The position numbers and the translations under genes were made by a program. This document shows, piece by piece, positions 26,201 to 39,576 of a DNA stretch of 64,000 nucleotides. How positions within the stretch are numbered: position 1 is the first letter of the stretch; every line of letters starts with the position of its first letter. The notes below the pieces were generated by a model that saw only the letters and a list, made by a program, of their open reading frames with translations, was not told the DNA's origin and made no database searches. The stretch covers positions 186,001-250,000 of the forward strand of contig MNCI01000651.1 in the NCBI GenBank assembly GCA_015680685.1, in the 5' to 3' direction. Source of the stretch: Gnetum montanum (lineage: Eukaryota > Plantae > Gnetophyta).

Positions 26201-27033
26201 TAGTGCGTATGTTGAATTTAATCACTATTAGTGAAGACCTTCCCACAAATGAACCATCCATTTATGTTGTGTTGTATCCACATTAAGAATTGAGAACCAC
26301 ATCTCTTGGATTTCATGCCAACGACATTAAACGAGATGAAAAAATAGTAGAGGTCACTACTGCCCCTATGTTTATAACAATACAAACTAATCAATTTAAG
26401 ATACATAGGGTACATGTTGATGATGGAGTAGCAACAAATGTAATACCTTTTCCTATCATTGAACAACTAGGCCTCACAAAACAAATACAACCAACAACAA
26501 CATCATTCTTGAAATCTTTTAGTGGCTCCCGTGTCTTGGTAAAAGGCATGATTACATTGGATTTTATAGCAGGGGACTGGTTCCCCACATCGGCCAAATT
26601 TGTAGTCATTGATGAGATGTTGGGGTTCAATATAATTTTGAGATGGCCTTGGCTAGCTTAACTAAAAGTGGTATCATCACCCATTCATCAAGAAATCCAT
26701 CTACCTTATGAGGGTGGCGAAATCTTAATACACGGGGATCCAGCAACATCACTTACTTTCTTCCATGTAGGAACGAACCAAGGGTCAGAGGTTGAACTCT
26801 CTGAACCTAGGCAAGACACCACTAGTAAAATCCTAGACATTGGTCAATCTCTAACTTGTGACCTTCCTAAAAAATCAGAAGATGCACACATAGGAGCCAT
26901 TCCCATGGATGTCCCTTGGTCAGAACTACCCTTTGACGTATCCAGCGAGGGGGATGGTGAGTACAAGATTATGCCTACACATCCCACCCTTCACAGCAAG
27001 TTGCAAAAATTAAAGAAACAAATCAAAAACTGA
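23258..27033 (+). pseudogene. gag: gag-protease of element C (N-terminal domain, P/Q/T-rich linker, capsid, zinc knuckle, aspartic protease)
   Basis: LTKYNGEGDPNAHV; MSLTRKALDWY; YEYHQRCGHGTNYYFTLK; IHRVHVDDGVATNVIP; FNIILRWPWL; stop at 27033. Confidence 0.92.
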
Positions 27034-27040
27034 GACAAAC

Positions 27041-27335
27041 CAAACATTTGAAATAACGTTAAACTACCAAACGTCCAAAATGATGTTAAACTACCAAACA
27101 TTTGGAATGACATTAAACTACCAAACATCTAGAATGATGTTAAACTACCAAACATCCAAAATGAAGTTAAACTACCAAACATCCGAAATGATGTTAAACT
27201 ACCAAACATTCACAACAACGTTAAACTAGCCATGGTCAGAAACAACCGGTTCTTCTAAATTCACCGAAATAGTTATAGTCTCCTCCACCACTTTGACAAA
27301 GATGTGATAGTTCACCATGACTTTAAACTGATACG
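27041..27335 (+). repeat. Hairpin-motif array (seven 27-bp units plus a distal unit) directly after the gag-pro stop of C
   Basis: AACATC-N6-GATGTT-AAACTACCA units, e.g. 27178-27195; distal AGTT-CACCAT-GACT-TTAAACTG at ~27310. Confidence 0.9.
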
Positions 27336-27439
27336 CACCATGATCATGTTACATCTGTCCTCACACATTCCAAAAACAAAATAACAAGCTGAAAGACTAA
27401 AAACAAAATGACAAGACTGACAAGACTAACAAGCCATAT

Positions 27440-30400
27440 CAGAAACTAGCATCAGGAGGGGGTTGATCCCCAAAATCCTCTACGTCATTAGCTCGCATCC
27501 CACTGGGGCCAGCCTCACCACCACTACGTCCTTATCACAAAAAGAAAACAAAACAACAAAATAAGTAAACACACAAAAAATAGGTAAAAAGAGCAAAAAC
27601 ACTAAGGAAAATGATGATGACTAAAGGCAATAAAAAAATATAGGACTAAAATACTCATAGGTGGGGAAGGCCTAAGATTAGCTTCTAGGCACCATAGAAT
27701 CTCTTCTTCGGGCACACACGCCCAATCTTTCTCAAGTCTGAGGTTGATAATGGCCAAGGTTTCTTCCTTTCCACTAAAGACCAGGAAGGGCAGTCAAGAG
27801 AAAACATGCTTGTTGAAGCTTCCCCAGAGGCAGTGGTAATGGATCTCTTAGGAGACCCCTCCACTTCTGTATACTCAACAAACTTCTCATAGGAAGAGCG
27901 CAAGCCTAACCCCTCCATGAACATCTCCAACCAACGATGTTCAACTAATTCCTCCTTCAATCACTTTTTGTATTGGTGCTTATGATCTTTCTTATCCTGG
28001 CCCCATTTATGTACCTTGGATGCAAAGGACTTCCAGTCATGGCACTTCCTATTCAACAAATCCATTTGGGCCCTCTGTTCGGATAAATCCCAAATCACCT
28101 GCACCTTCCTATTCAAGCTTGTCCAATAACGCGCATAGGTGATCTCAAATGTATGCTAGGTACTATTACCAGCCAATCTAGTAGAGGAAAAATCATAACG
28201 GGCTTGAAATTCATTTCTCTCCTCTGTCACCTTTGCCAGATTTTCTTTTAATGATTGAACCTCAAGCCATAATTGTTCAATTGAGTGCTTGCAGGTCCAG
28301 AGTGACTTAGCATTTGGAACAACACAACCCAAAATCGCATCATAAATATCCCTTGCGATCTGCTCAATATCTTTGGGAAATTTTGGAAGACCATCAATAT
28401 GGGTAGCCTTGGAAGGACTCCATTGAAGCTTCGCACCTATAATTACAAACATTACACATACAAGCTAATAAGAGATCACCAATAGATGCAAAAGCACAAT
28501 GGACTCAGGCATTTGGTATAAAGTACACACCTAATCTAGGATGATCTTATTGCAGACAAGCAACAACATTGTTGATGATGCCAGTAACAAAGTCTACTTT
28601 ACTGGGCATCTCGGGCCATGGCCTCAATTGACCAGTGGATGTCGAATCTACATGGGAAGGCACCTTAGCTGGGGCTTGTAACTCCAACACATCAACCTGA
28701 GATGCATGTGATATAGGTGCTTCAACATCCATGTCTGATGTTAGGAAAAGTCATGATAATCAAAACAATGTACAAAGCTAAGAAGTAAAAAATGCGGATC
28801 AAACTAACAAAATGTACAAAGCGGCCCTTTGTTGATTAGCTCAGGTGGATCACCAAGGTGTAGAGACCCATCAAGGAAATCATCAAAAAAACCTTTCTTC
28901 TCGCTTGAATGTTTAAGGGCATATAAAGCATCAGCAAGTGTCACTCCCATGGTATCTGTTTCATCCTCTTCCCGTAAGATGGAAATAGCCTCAATTGCTT
29001 CTTCTCTTATTTCCTCCTCTTCATCACACTGAGTGATAACCATTTTTGGCTCATCCATTGGAGATAATTCTTCACTTTCCCTCTTGGGGGTACCCTCTGT
29101 TAACACCAGCAAATATAAAGTTAGCATGACATAATAGGTATGCATATTTAAGTAAGCAAATAAATTCAAAAAGTGATAAAAACACTTAAAGAAAAAAATA
29201 TATACTTACCTTCTCCTGGCAAGATCAATCGAATCTTCTTTGCCCTTGGTGGTCTCGCCTCTGTAGCAAGTTCTCTTGAATGCTTTGTCCTTTTCACCTT
29301 AGCCTTGGATTTTTTGACAATCTCCTAAATCAAGAGCTTAGCTCTCCTAATAGTTCTGTGTAGTTTAGGTGATTCCAACCCCAAGCTATCGCGCGAATGA
29401 TGAGAACAACTGGCTGCACCCCTTGTTGTGATGGAGACTGATTCTTCGATGCCTTCGAGTGGATCTTGGGATCTTGTGGTATTAAATAGATGAAGAATCT
29501 AGGGGTGACACAATTGTGAATGATCTCTTAACACATAATGGTTATCCCCATATACCACTAAGAACTCAGCAAACCTACAGAGATAGCCCGCGAAAAAGGC
29601 AAAGGTAAAGTGGGATTTAGCATCAACATTGGAACATAGCCTAATGATCTCTCCACAGAGACCTAATACAAGGAACTATGCACAATTGTAGCACATATTA
29701 GTCTCCAAGACTGAGTGCATAACACATGCAGATTCAATCCCAAGATTTCTTGCTTGGGAAAGAGACTTAGGAAACGCTCATGCTCTAAAGAGCAGGTACA
29801 TAAAATCTACCTTTGTCAAGCAAGTATCGGCTTGCATGGTGAAGCCCTTAGGACCCCGCGGTATACCTAGATAGTCTTCAAGTTCCTTGATCACATGACC
29901 TTCTCTAGTCCCTCTATCCACCTCCACCTTAGTGCCATTCGTTGGTACGTCAAAAATATCGGAAAAGAATTCGGCGGTTAGGTGGAAAGACACCTTAACT
30001 CCCCGAACTTGTGTAGTAAAATAGGAGACATCATCATTAAAAGAGTAAACAATGGCAACCATTTTGGTCACAGGAATGTTAGGAGTCAAGGAGGGAAATA
30101 GATCCATCAAGCCCACATTGGTAAGATGGCTGATGATTTGTTCAGGTGCCTTCTTGTGTAGCCACCGTTGGACTCCTCTATCTCTCCAAACTTCATAAAG
30201 AGAGTAGTCTTAGTGCACCCTCATATGACAGTAAGCTCATCAAGAGAAACGACCACTATAGAAAAGACAAAGAAGACATTAGGCAAGAAGTCAAAAGCAT
30301 GATAAGCAATGATGTAACAAAAAATGAAAGCCAAGCCTGGAACACAACCATTTACTGTTAGCAAATGGAGTAGCCACACTAGTTGCAAGATCAACCATTT

Positions 30401-30464
30401 GAGGAGACCAATCCTCATGTAGCCAGCCGCAAACTTGACAACATTCAAGGGCCCTAGAGAATTG
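27440..30464 (-). pseudogene. Antisense multi-exon gene of element C, 3' part (PMD/Transposase_32-like plus predicted coiled coil)
   Basis: YSFNDDVSYFTTQVRGVKVSFHLTAEFFSDIFDVP...LFRA*AFPKSLSQ...FAFFAGYLCRFAEFLVV; introns at e.g. 29209-29097 and 28530-28437. Confidence 0.78.
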
Positions 30465-30469
30465 CCTAG

Positions 30470-32047
30470 TAAAACACCCCAAAATTTGAAGGCATCCTTG
30501 CTTCACCAGGTCTTTGCAAATCGCATAGCATTACAGCAGTTCTTCGGGAGACGGATGCTCTGGTTTTCAAACTATCCACTTCAGCAAGTTTTCTAAGTTA
30601 AGGAGTCTTGCTATGCTACACTACGACATGCAGTGTAGAAAAATTCAGAAGATGTTTGCAAAAGCACAGTGCTACGCTATGCTATGCAATGCTACATAGT
30701 GTAGGACATCGTAGCTAAAGCTGGACGATCAGCCCCCTCGCCTGACTTTAAGTCCTTCGGCAATGTCTCCTTTCATCAGAAAGTGACGAACTTGGCCGAC
30801 ATCAGGTCATGTTTGCTACTACGCTACATTAAGATACATGGTGCAATGAGGTGTAGAAATTCTATAGAAGTTGAAAAAAGGTAACTCAAAGTGCGGGATC
30901 AGCAAGTTCGCAAACTTCGTAGTGAAAAAGGCTAAGTTTACAGATCGGCGACATTTTTGTGACTAAGGATAGTCACTACGCTACGCTACGTAGCATAGCA
31001 TAGTGTAGTAAATAGACAATGAATAGCCTACACATTTGAAAGGCTTCCTACACATGCAACGAGACGCGTAGCAAGATGCTACACTACGCCAACATGCTAC
31101 ACTACAAAGCATAGCAAAGTGGCAAGTGGTTACGCAACATCAATGCACCTCACCTAATTGCACTGTTGCTTTGACAGCGTAATTACAGCATGATAGGTCC
31201 ATAATTATGGCATGGAAAGCTTGCTCAATGGTCATGCAGGCATGTGCAGTGTAGACAAGTCAGCATAGGCCCAAGGAACGTGGCATTCAAATCGCATCTT
31301 TCACGCACCCTTGGTCCTATAAATACCCTGATGAGTGACACTTAGACTCTCTCTCTGGCTTTTGCAAGCTTGGGCACACTATCTCTCTCAGACGCTTTGT
31401 CACTTTTGGCATCCTTTCTTGCTAAATCTTTTCATTCCCTAGTCTGTTCTCTCAGTAATCTAGTTAGCTAACAGTTTGGTTAGTTGACGAGCAAAAAGTT
31501 GGCACTGTAATCTCAAGCATTGCAAGCTTTTTGTTTAACATTGTAAATAGTTAGTATTCTTAGTTGGCATTCTCTTCTGCTCCTTTCTACCACCTTGGTA
31601 GCACTTTGCATTGTTAATGTTGGAGTCCGCGTTCAAGCTCACAGCCCTCTTACTCTACACATCTTGGTTACTCTTAGGATCTCTGCACTTCCCAGTGCTC
31701 TACAACTGACTGTGTCCATCTTGACAGAGTGAGGTCATAGCTTTGAAGTGGTGCATTTTTCTAACTGCATTTTACATTATCTCCTATTGGCTATTGCATT
31801 TTACACTATTTTCTATTTCTTTTGAATTTAAGCATTCCTTCGAACTATTAATCTCATTTTCTTTAAATCATATGTTGAAAAAGGTTATATAGACACCAAT
31901 TAAGTCCCTGTCTGATCGACTAGACTATTCAGGGCACCCCATTTCTATCCCATCCAGCATGGCCCTCCTACAGAAATGGGGTCAAGACTACCAGTAGCTA
32001 GTGACCCCTTGGCATTTTTCTAGCTGCCGACATTTTCAATCACTACA
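30470..32047 (+). repeat. 5' LTR of element D
   Basis: TAAAACACC...CACTACA; direct repeat of 44444-46001 (16 mismatches, 15 of them transitions, in the first ~120 bp by hand count); TATAAATA at ~31318. Confidence 0.95.
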
Positions 32048-32054
32048 GTCTTTC

Positions 32055-32070
32055 TGGTGCTAGAAGGAGG
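32055..32070 (+). promoter_or_regulatory. Primer binding site (tRNA-Asn) of element D
   Basis: TGGTGCTAGAAGGAGG, after a 7-nt spacer from the LTR end. Confidence 0.82.
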
Positions 32071-32095
32071 TCCTTTGGTGCCTTTTTTGTGTCTC

Positions 32096-32560
32096 ATGGT
32101 AGCCCTATAAGCCTTCTACACACTGATACACATTAGTGTAAACTTGACACCCATCTATGGTTGTTTACGCATCATGCAGTGTAGATTGATTGCCTCAACA
32201 GTTCCTTGGGAGCCTTATAGGACATAAAGCCTCCAATTGCCAGTTAATTTGCCTCCTTCTTATGGTAGCCTTGTAAGCCTTCTACACCCTAATACGCATT
32301 AGCGTAACTTGACACCTGTCTATGGTTGTTTATGCATCGTGTTGTGTAGATCGATCACCTTGATGATTCCTCGAGAACCCTACAGCACATAAAGCCTCTA
32401 GTTGCTAGCTAACTTGCCTATCTTATGGTAGTCTTGCATGTGCCTTGTACCATATCACGCACTAGTGTAAACATGACACCCTTTGTGGTTGTTTATGCAT
32501 CATGTGGTACAGGTCAATCACCTCGATGGTTCCTCGAGAGCCCAGTAAGACATAAAGCTT
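32096..32560 (+). repeat. Three diverged ~165-bp tandem repeats in the 5' UTR of D
   Basis: ATGGTAG...TGACACC...TGGTTGTTTAYGCATC...CATAAAGC recurring at ~32096, ~32262 and ~32426. Confidence 0.8.
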
Positions 32561-32680
32561 TTATGATTACCTTTATTTTTGGTTGCTTTCCAACTTATTT
32601 TCTCTTCTCAATTCGAAAAACTACTTAGCTTTATGATTTCCTCACTTTTCGCATTTGAAAAACTATCTAGCTTAGTAACA

Positions 32681-35600
32681 ATGACTTCTACAACTATTGA
32701 TGTTAACACCTTCAACATGGAGGTTCCCATCATGGTTCAAGGCACCACTGGTGCTGAACAACCATTGAACCCAATGCTAGAAACATGTCAATCCCTCAGG
32801 ATCCAAAATCGAGGACCTGAGGGCTTAGCCCAGCAACATGAGCATTAGAACTTCCTCTATGCAAAGGTTTAGTAAAACCTGCCTTTGGATGTGCAAAAAT
32901 TCAAAAGAAAACGTAGCTTCGAGTTCACTTAGTGCGACAAGAAGGGGTTTGTTCCCACTCCTGGTGCTTCCATACCTTTGACACAGACAAACCAAAGGCT
33001 ACTAGACTAACTAATCTAGTTGGCTAGGATTAGGGAGCAACAAGACATAGCGTCTAACTAGGATAACACTTTTCAAGACAGATAGGAGGAACTCACTTCC
33101 CAATCCGACGAGGGAGGTCCAACCAACCCCGTTCCTATCCCACTTGCCCAGTCCTTCTGGGCCAACTCGTGGTCTGTCACTGCTCCCTTTTTCATCATGC
33201 CTATGCTCCCGTAGCCTGCAACTACAACTATAATGGGTAGTCGTGTCACTTTCTTGGCATATCAATGCCCCTATTCCCCTATTTCATTCACAGCAACTAT
33301 GCCTCCGCAAGCTATTCATCAATCCATTTCTATAACACATCATGCATAAATCACAAAAACCTTGCCACATGTTCATACTATACCTACTTCGCAAGCATAT
33401 GCAACTTCTATTTTGATTCCTACGCTCACATCTATTTCACCCATCGTGGTGGGCCCAGGCCTGTCCATGTGGTGGACCCCATTCACTTCTTCGCCTATTC
33501 CACAACCATCGCAGATGTCTCACTATGTCCGTCCTCAAGCCTATCAAACCCCACAAATGATACAACCTAACACAGGGCTATGGTCTATTCTGCCAGTGAC
33601 ACAAGCTATCTATCTGGCAACTCAAACTACAATTGCTACTCCAACCGCACCACTTGTTAGGTGGTAGAAGGTGCAAGTAACACCACTCGCGGGGGCTATC
33701 CCAATAGTACCGTCAATGGGTCATGCCGCTACCCCCACCATTCCATAGGTAGGGGCTACCTCGACAGCTCCTCAATCATCTACAACATCGCAGGGTCTTG
33801 ACCAAGCATTCCAGCTGATCTAGACCCTCACTAAGGAAATCAAATGCCTCAAGGCTATCGGGTTCGACACAGTACAAGTCATGGACTTTTACTAGGATGA
33901 CCTTATCATCCCTGCAATCCCTGCTCTAACATTACCCCCAGGGATGTCTCTCCCACACTTCACAAAATACGATGGGGAGGGAGATCCCAATGCACATCTA
34001 GTTACCTTTAGGTCTGAGTCTCTCCTATTGCAACAATGGTCACACACGATCATTTGTGTCTTTGCTATGTCCTTGTCTGGGAGAGCCTTAGATTGGTACC
34101 GCACACTACCATGCTCATCCATCTCAACTTTAGAAGAGCTTCTAACCTAGTTCATGACGCGCTTCAAGTATAACTTGAAGCTAGAAATCATGCTAGACCA
34201 GCTGATGAGTGTGAAGCAGGAGCCTCTAGAGCCAATCCAGAAGTTCATCCAATGATGGATCGTAACCCTTAATGAAATCCACGAGCCCATCGCAGAGGCC
34301 CACTTGTTAGCCATCTTCAAAGATGCAGTGAATGGATTTATCAAGTCTAAACTGTACTACCTCACCCCTTGTACTCTTAGTCAAGCCTTTGCTTAGACTA
34401 AGAGTATACAAGAAGCCACCGAGGCAAGCAAAGACCTGGCCTACATCACTTACAAAAATACCTTCAAGAAGAAGGACAAGGGTAAAGCCCCGAAAACTAC
34501 ACAGTGGCCACTGTGGCAACCGAGGCCAAGCCCAGACCTAGCAACAATGGTAACAAGAGCAATAAGAAATTGGCTGTACCCGTAGCTAACCCCATGTCCA
34601 AGTAGGAAAACATGTTGCAACCTCCAATTCCCGCACCTAAGAGATCTGCACAACCCAAACCAAAATTTGAGCATAAAGATCGCTCAAAGTACACCCCACT
34701 ACCTCTCAAGCCTTTAGAACTTCTGAAGTAGCTATTGGCAGCAAGGAACATGTAGTATAAGCAAATATCGCAAGAAGCAATCAGCAGACATCAATGTTAT
34801 TGTGAGCTCCTTAGGAACCCCTCTTTGGACCTACCCAATGAGCCCCTAGTTCCTAAGGGTTTCTAGTTGGGTAGGCTTTGTGACTACCACCAATAGTGTG
34901 GTCACAACATGGATTACTATTTGACGTTACAGGATGACATTCAAAGATTGATCGACCAAGGAAAACTGGTGTTGGAAGAAAGCAACCCAGTATGTCTTGA
35001 AAACCAATCTATGCATTTCTACATAGACCCCCTCAACGCCAATAATGTCAATTACGTCATCAATGCCATCGGCATTGACAATGATCCTAGGCCACCCCAT
35101 TAGCTATTCTTGATCCATGTGCCAGCACCATGAGCAGCTAATCAAAGCTAGCAACAACCATTCATTCTGAGAGTCTCGCCACAGGCATTCCTCTCTATGC
35201 CACCTATTAGCAAAACCATGCTACTTCGCCCACTAACACTGTTAGCTCCTTTCATCATTAGGGGGCCAACTCTTTCAACAACACCTGCCCTACATAAAAT
35301 AGCTAAACAACATTCTCCTCCTAAAAAATGAGAAGTGCATTCTATAGGTGGAACGTCAAGAGGAAACACTACCCAAGGTATTTCCAAGCCCACATCTCCA
35401 CCCCCTATGTCTATGCCTTCGTCACCAAAGATGAACGTTGCTATAATAGTGCAGTCCATGCCACCCTACCAAAAAGGGTCTGAACCTAGATTTGAACTTG
35501 CCCCTCCTCAAGAAATTCATCCTCTGGGATGAATCAAAGAAGAGGAAAGCACTGGATAGAAGGGTGGCCAGAACCTTTTGGATGCCCTCACTCAGGTCAA

Positions 35601-38410
35601 GCAGGTTCTAAAACAGAAAAACACTATGCTGAGCCTGTATGACCTGTTTATGGCATCTGTACCACACAACGAGGCTCTAATTTGCATGTTGACAGTGATT
35701 CCGATCAATGAAGACATGCTAGTGGAAGAGGAAGTGATCCACTTGATTATTCTTCCCTCTGGACCCATAGAGCCTGAGTCATCCTAATTAACTTTTACTG
35801 ATGATGCCATTAGGGAAGATCTTAAATGGGGTCAGGTGACCATGGCACCCCTTTTCATCATAATTTAGGTCAGCCAACACTAGATCCAAAGGGTACACAT
35901 TGATGATGGGGCTGCCATGAACATCATCCCCTTTCCTATTATGGACAAGTTGGGCTTGGTCGACCAGATCAAACCCATAACAACGTCTTGCCTAAGGTCA
36001 TTCAACGGGGCACGTGTCCTGGTGAAAGGCATAGTCCACATGGACTTTGTAGCAGGGGACCAATTCCCTACAAATGCAACATTCATCGTGGTTGAGGAAA
36101 TGCACAGGTTTAACCTGATCTTGGGGAGATCATGGTTAGCACAACTTAGGACTGTCTCCTTATACTATCCGAAATCATCTACGCAAGGCTGGAATGAAAC
36201 AAACGCCGAGAGATCTACAGAAGATATAGTAAGAACCCATCTTCACATGAGGGAAAGTTGGAAATAAAGGAAGGTGGAGTGCCTTGAATGGTCTGTGAGT
36301 AGATCAAACAAGGACTTCTCCTAGCCTACGTTGTTGCGATGCATTGGGTTATACATAAACGGATGCAAACTAAAACATAAACGAACGTACGAAAGGTAAG
36401 ACAAAAACGAAACTTAAATAAAGATAATGAAAATTGTAACAAATGTAAAAGGAGTAAATAGGGAAAAATGGATGGAAAAATTGTAACTATATGTATTGAT
36501 TGACGATTACAAAAATAGTGCACCGGTCAAAATGCAATTGCGGGTTGATCGCAAGGCGGCCGTTTAGCCCCGATGTGAAGGATGTATAGGCACTGGGAGG
36601 TTGTAGGTTTATGGTTGCAGGTATGCAGTGTGACCAAAATTGCCCCAAGTGCTCAATGTGACTAAGTCTAGGTAATGCCCAATGTATGAGATGATAATGA
36701 TGCGATTCTCCAACCATATCAATGATCAAAATTTCCAACCCCCTAGATCCTCATGCCCCAAAATTGTAAACCCCGATTAAGTGGAAAAACAAAGTATTTA
36801 TAGGATTTTTGGGCATGGGATGCAGGTCTGGAGGAAGATCTATGGCTGCAGGGTCAGAGAAATGTGGATCAAGTGACAGGTATTTGCATTTTGACCAGAT
36901 GCACATTTTACAATGTACAGTGTACAACGCGACCAATTCTTACGTCGGCATGTGCCATCCACAGTGTAAGAGCTTGATACACTCAAAGAATATGAAATTT
37001 TCAAAGGAATTCCATGTTACAATAGAGAATTTGATCTCTAGCCTCTAGATCTATGGTCTGGCGTGCTGTTATTTTCTTCATTAGCGTGTCCTAGCGTGCT
37101 TTGGCATGTCCAACAAAAACGATGTATTTTGGGCCCATTTTTGACCTTTGAGACTTGTTTCTAGAGTGGATATGCATGCTTGATGTCGGGGGGGGGGGGG
37201 GGGGGGCCCCCCNNNNNNNNNNNNNNNNNNNNNNNNNNNNNNNNNNNNNNNNNNNNNNNNNNNNTTAAATTTGAGCTGATTTGTCCTTGGATTTGTGTCT
37301 CTTTTCATTGGTCACACTGTGGTCATGCTGTGTAGTGTGACCTCAGCATGAATAAGTGGAAATGACACATTTTGAACCAAATTTGGATGTTTGATGCCTG
37401 TTTCTTGAAGTCCAATTGCTGCTTGCTCTCTAGGGTGGTCTAGATGTTGAATCTGAGTCCAATTTGATGCTATTTTGTTCATCTTTTATTTGGTCATGCT
37501 GTGGTCATGCCTTGTAGCGTGACCTCAATGTGACCAAGTTGAAATGACATATTTGAAGCTCAAATCTTGATTTTCTAAAGCCTGTCAACATGTACAATTG
37601 TACCTAGCTCCTAGGAGTTGAATTCATGTCGAAATTTTTCCTGGAGGTGCTTGAATTGAGCTATTCTTATTTGGTTATGCTGTGTAGTGTGACCTCAGCA
37701 TGACTAATTGAAAGTGGCTTACAACATGTGATTTTGAGCTCAAATTTCAAGGTTCCAAGGTCTAGGAGCTGTAGGAGGCATCGATGAAGCTCACGGAGGG
37801 TGTGTGTGCTCGAATTTGGGCTATTTAGACTTGATTTTGGGGCTCCAGAAGTTGGTCACACTGTACACATGCTGGTCTTACACTGGGTAGCATGACCAAA
37901 ATATATATAGCAAAAACCATGCATTTTGAGCTTGAAACCCTAGATTCTGGGTGCCAAGAGTTGGAGCAATCACCTATGGGCCCCAGGGGGTTCTTCCTAT
38001 TCAATTGTGTGTCGTTTCATGCTGTTTTCAAGGATCTCAAGTTTGGTCACACTGTACTCATGTTGGGTAGTGCATGATTTAACTTGAGTCTTGTCTAAAC
38101 GTGATAGGTCAACATTTTGTGGTGTTTTCACTCCTCACTCGTACATTAGAAAATCAACCTACCATAAGTGGGTAGGGAGGTGGTGATCTGTGGTGACGAA
38201 GTAGTAGTGCAAGCTATCAATAACGTAGACATGGAGCAGGGCTTAGAGGTCATAACCTCTAAGAATGAAGCACTTGCTCACATGCACATTAACCATCTAG
38301 TAGGAGAATCGGCTCAGCAAGCCGATCTCCAAAACGAACACGCATGGGTTGAGTTGCCCTTCCAAGTGGGGGGCAATGATGTAGATGAAGGCCCTAGTAG
38401 AGCACCTTGA
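32681..38410 (+). pseudogene. gag: gag-protease of element D, interrupted by the solo LTR
   Basis: FTKYDGEGDPNAHLVTF; CDYHQ*CGHNMDYYLTL; RVHIDDGAAMNIIP; the frame resumes after 38135 (VSS/LVH*KINLP). Confidence 0.92.
36161..38130 (-). mobile_element. Solo LTR related to the C family, TSD CTCCT (contains an N gap)
   Basis: Minus strand reads TGAAAACACC...GGATAGTATA; CTCCT at 36156-36160 and 38131-38135; its end matches C LTR 22700-22826. Confidence 0.88.
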
Positions 38411-39460
38411 CCTTATGTTTCTCTCAACCTACATTGGGTTAAGAAGTAGCTATGCCTAGCGTAGCAACCCCATTTCTTCCTACCCATGCACTATTCTTGT
38501 GCTTCTATGAAATGGCCTGAAATAGCCTAAAACTAGCAATGCACAACAGCCTGAAATGGCCTAAAACTAGCAATGTGCAAAGGCCCGAAATGGCCTAAAA
38601 CTAGCAATGTGCAATGGCCTGAAACGACCTAAAACTAGCAATGTGCATTTATGTATCATCCTTATGTTTCACTCAACCTGCATTGGGTCAAGAAGTAGCT
38701 ACGCCTAGCATAGCAACCCCATTGTTTCCTGCCCACGCACAATCCTTGTGCATTTATGAAATGGCCTAAAACAGCCTAAAACTAGAAATGCTACACCATG
38801 GCCCGAAATGGCCTAAAACTAGCAATGGCCCATAATGGCCTAAAACTATGATACACCATGGCTTGAAATGGCCTAAAATTAGCAATGGCCCAAAATGCCC
38901 TAAAACTATGCTACACTATGGCCCATAATAGCCTAAAACTATGCTACACCATGGCCCAAAATGGCCTAAAACTAGCAATGGCCCAAAATGGCCTAAAACT
39001 AGCAATGGCCAAAAATGACCTAAAACTAGCAATGGCTCGAAATGGCCCAAAACTAGCATAAGTTACTAGTTAGCTATTATTCAAGTTGTTAATGTATGAT
39101 CTCTTTGGCATGTTATGAAAAGGCCCAAAATGGCCTAAAAATAGCAAAGGTTCAGAAAGACCTTAAACTAGCAATCGTGGCATAGTTGCACTTTTACCGG
39201 TCCAAAAAGACCTTAAACTAGCAAACCCTATCATAGTTGCAACTTTCGTGGTCCAAAAACACCTTAAGCTAGCATTTTCCGATCTGCTATACGTTTGCAA
39301 TACACAATGACTCCAAACTAGTAGTTTCACAATTTCACATCAGCTACTCCGCATCCCTTAGCAGTTATACATTCTCGTGTTGATAGTGCCACATTTTCTA
39401 TTTTAGCAGCTCTACATCTCCATGTCATAATGGTTTTCCACGACTTTAAACTGGAAAAAT
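38411..39460 (+). repeat. Expanded hairpin-motif array (GGCC-N6-GGCC-TAAAACTAGCA and GGTC-N6-GACC variants), partly within a higher-order duplication, in the pro-pol spacer of D
   Basis: AGGCC-CGAAAT-GGCCT at 38581-38596; GGTC-CAAAAA-GACC at 39199-39212; the block starting at 38411 recurs at ~38660. Confidence 0.9.
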
Positions 39461-39576
39461 TTAATCTCTACATCTTACATCTCGTCACTCCTTTGCAAGT
39501 TTTCGTCATGCACGATTGCTACCAACAAGTGCCTCTTAATCAGGCTTTCATCTCATTTTGACAGGTTAAGCAAAAA

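Noticed and set aside
38510-39060. Tandem hammerhead ribozymes (GGCC-N-GGCC followed by AAAC resembles stem II plus GAAAC)
   Set aside because: No CUGANGA core upstream, TAAAAC instead of GAAAC, and no stem I or III
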